Shown here one piece after another: positions 62,431 through 64,000 of a stretch of DNA of 64,000 nucleotides. The translations under genes and the position numbers were made by a program. Location: the NCBI RefSeq assembly GCF_032062105.1, contig NW_026918862.1:62001-126000 (forward strand), written 5' to 3'. Every line of letters starts with the position of its first letter. The first letter of the stretch is position 1. Source of the stretch: Saccostrea cucullata. Taxonomy: Eukaryota. The notes beneath the pieces are model-generated. The model ran no database searches. It worked only from the letters and a program-made list of their open reading frames with translations, and was not told the DNA's origin.

Positions 62431-63664
62431 TAATGAAGTGACAAAACAGTAGCGAATAAGGAATGATGAGCTACCGCAAAGTAAAAATGTGGCTCTAGCT
62501 CATTTATATCACCATGCTACTGAGTTTATGACAACATGCTAGGCGGTTTAAGATTGTTACATGATAGCATGAAGTAAAAATGCACTACAATACTTATGAT
62601 AATGGTCTAGTGTGTTTATATGACAACACAGTGACAATGTACTTGTGTGTTTGTAAAATGTTTCAGAAGGCTCTTCAAACCGCACCGTTTAGCTTACACA
62701 TAATAGATTGTGTAAAGTTGTGTTAGCATGGCAGCATGTTTTGTGTCAGCACAGGTACATGTTGTTTTAAGTTTCCTTGGCCTGACGGTGTTGAGAACAC
62801 TGTGTTAGCACATTGTTCCTAACACACTGTTACACTTTTACAAATTGCCTTATCAGGACACCATAATTTTTATAACCGACAAGCCATGCATGTTTTTATT
62901 TTTTATAAAAGTACATGTACTGGGGTACATGTAAACCATTTTTCCCATTTAGTTTTCCATATGTTTTAAAAGAACAGGGAATGGAAATCAATTTTTTATA
63001 AGCTTTTATTCATTAATTATAAGTATTTGCCTTATTTCTTCCTCTACATACCTAAGACTGGTTATGTTTCTTTTGTAGTAAGAGAGCAACGATAAACTGT
63101 TTGACCGGTATACCGCGGTTTATTTTTGCATGGTTTGGTTCAGGATACCTCAAACTGTTATCACAGTTCAGTTCCAATCAGTCTGTAATTATCCAAATTG
63201 TTAATTTGGTTCCTCATTTACAATTTTAAAATGGCTTCTGCATGAAACATGAGGTTAATGAAACTGCAGACATGGCAGTTAAACTTGTTTCCAGCCTCAT
63301 ATTTAACGGGTCGAATGATGTTATCACTTTCCCAGTGTTAGTTTAATGAACATGTGATAAAACTTTAGAGTTTAAAGAATATGATGACAATTAAACCTCT
63401 GACTTTTTAACACAATATGTCATGTACCTTGATACGTATTGTGAACTGAATACCGTGATATGTATCATACCATGGGATAGGTGTATTGTTGCACCCCTAT
63501 TATGTAGGCCTAACTTAGTTACTTACACAATGACGTCATGTGACTTCCGAGTCTATTACCCTGTTCACAAGGAGAGTTTAATTCGCAGTAAATTATCACG
63601 AAGTAAACTAATGCGAATCAAATTGATGCAAATCAAACTTTGTTCACATGACCGATGACAGCTA

Positions 63665-64000
63665 ATGCAACACACTGTCAGGCTAACAAGAGTTCACACA
63701 ACACACTGTCACGCTAACACGAATTCTCAAAACAGGCTGTCTCACTATTCACTAACACAAGTTCCCACCAAACGCTGTTGCGATAACACACTGTCATCCT
63801 AAAACCATTTCACACAACATACTGTCATCCTAATACCATTTCACACAACAAACTGTCAGGCTAACACGAGTTCACACAACACACTGTCACGCTAACGCAA
63901 ATTCAAAAAACATGCAATATCGCTAACACGAGTTCACATAACACGCAGTCTGGCTAACACGAGTTCACACATTCAATATGCAATCTTGCTAACACGAGTT
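63665..64000. repeat. Degenerate 31-bp minisatellite running off the window edge
   Basis: Unit ACACACTGTCAGGCTAACA(A/C)GAGTTCACACA; period 31 at 63670->63701. Confidence 0.9.

Overview
AT-rich eukaryotic (metazoan) genomic DNA, most likely an oyster-like bivalve; this is inferred from the repeat families. One assembly gap lies at 5020-5188. Three main components: (1) a convergent pair of previously unannotated 4-exon paralogs (1831-4279 +, 13701-15277 -) encoding 71-77 aa secreted prepropeptides, with conserved introns and spacer but hypervariable, probably amidated, mature peptides; (2) a very large Helentron/Helitron2-type locus with an intact 2622-aa RepHel ORF (48624-56492 -; herpes-tegument-like USP, OTU, Zn finger, HUH Rep, Pif1 helicase, AP-type endonuclease) facing a spliced 304-aa OB-fold/RPA-like gene with an acidic tail (28599-43304 +), plus a candidate Helentron 3' end at ~24618; (3) many nested TE remnants: a near-intact Tc1 (DD34E), hAT/Sola/Harbinger-Zator/Tc1-type MITEs, non-autonomous Helentrons, LINE, DIRS and Penelope fragments, and minisatellites. 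All gene models were built by eye from splice sites and phase continuity; no database searches were run.
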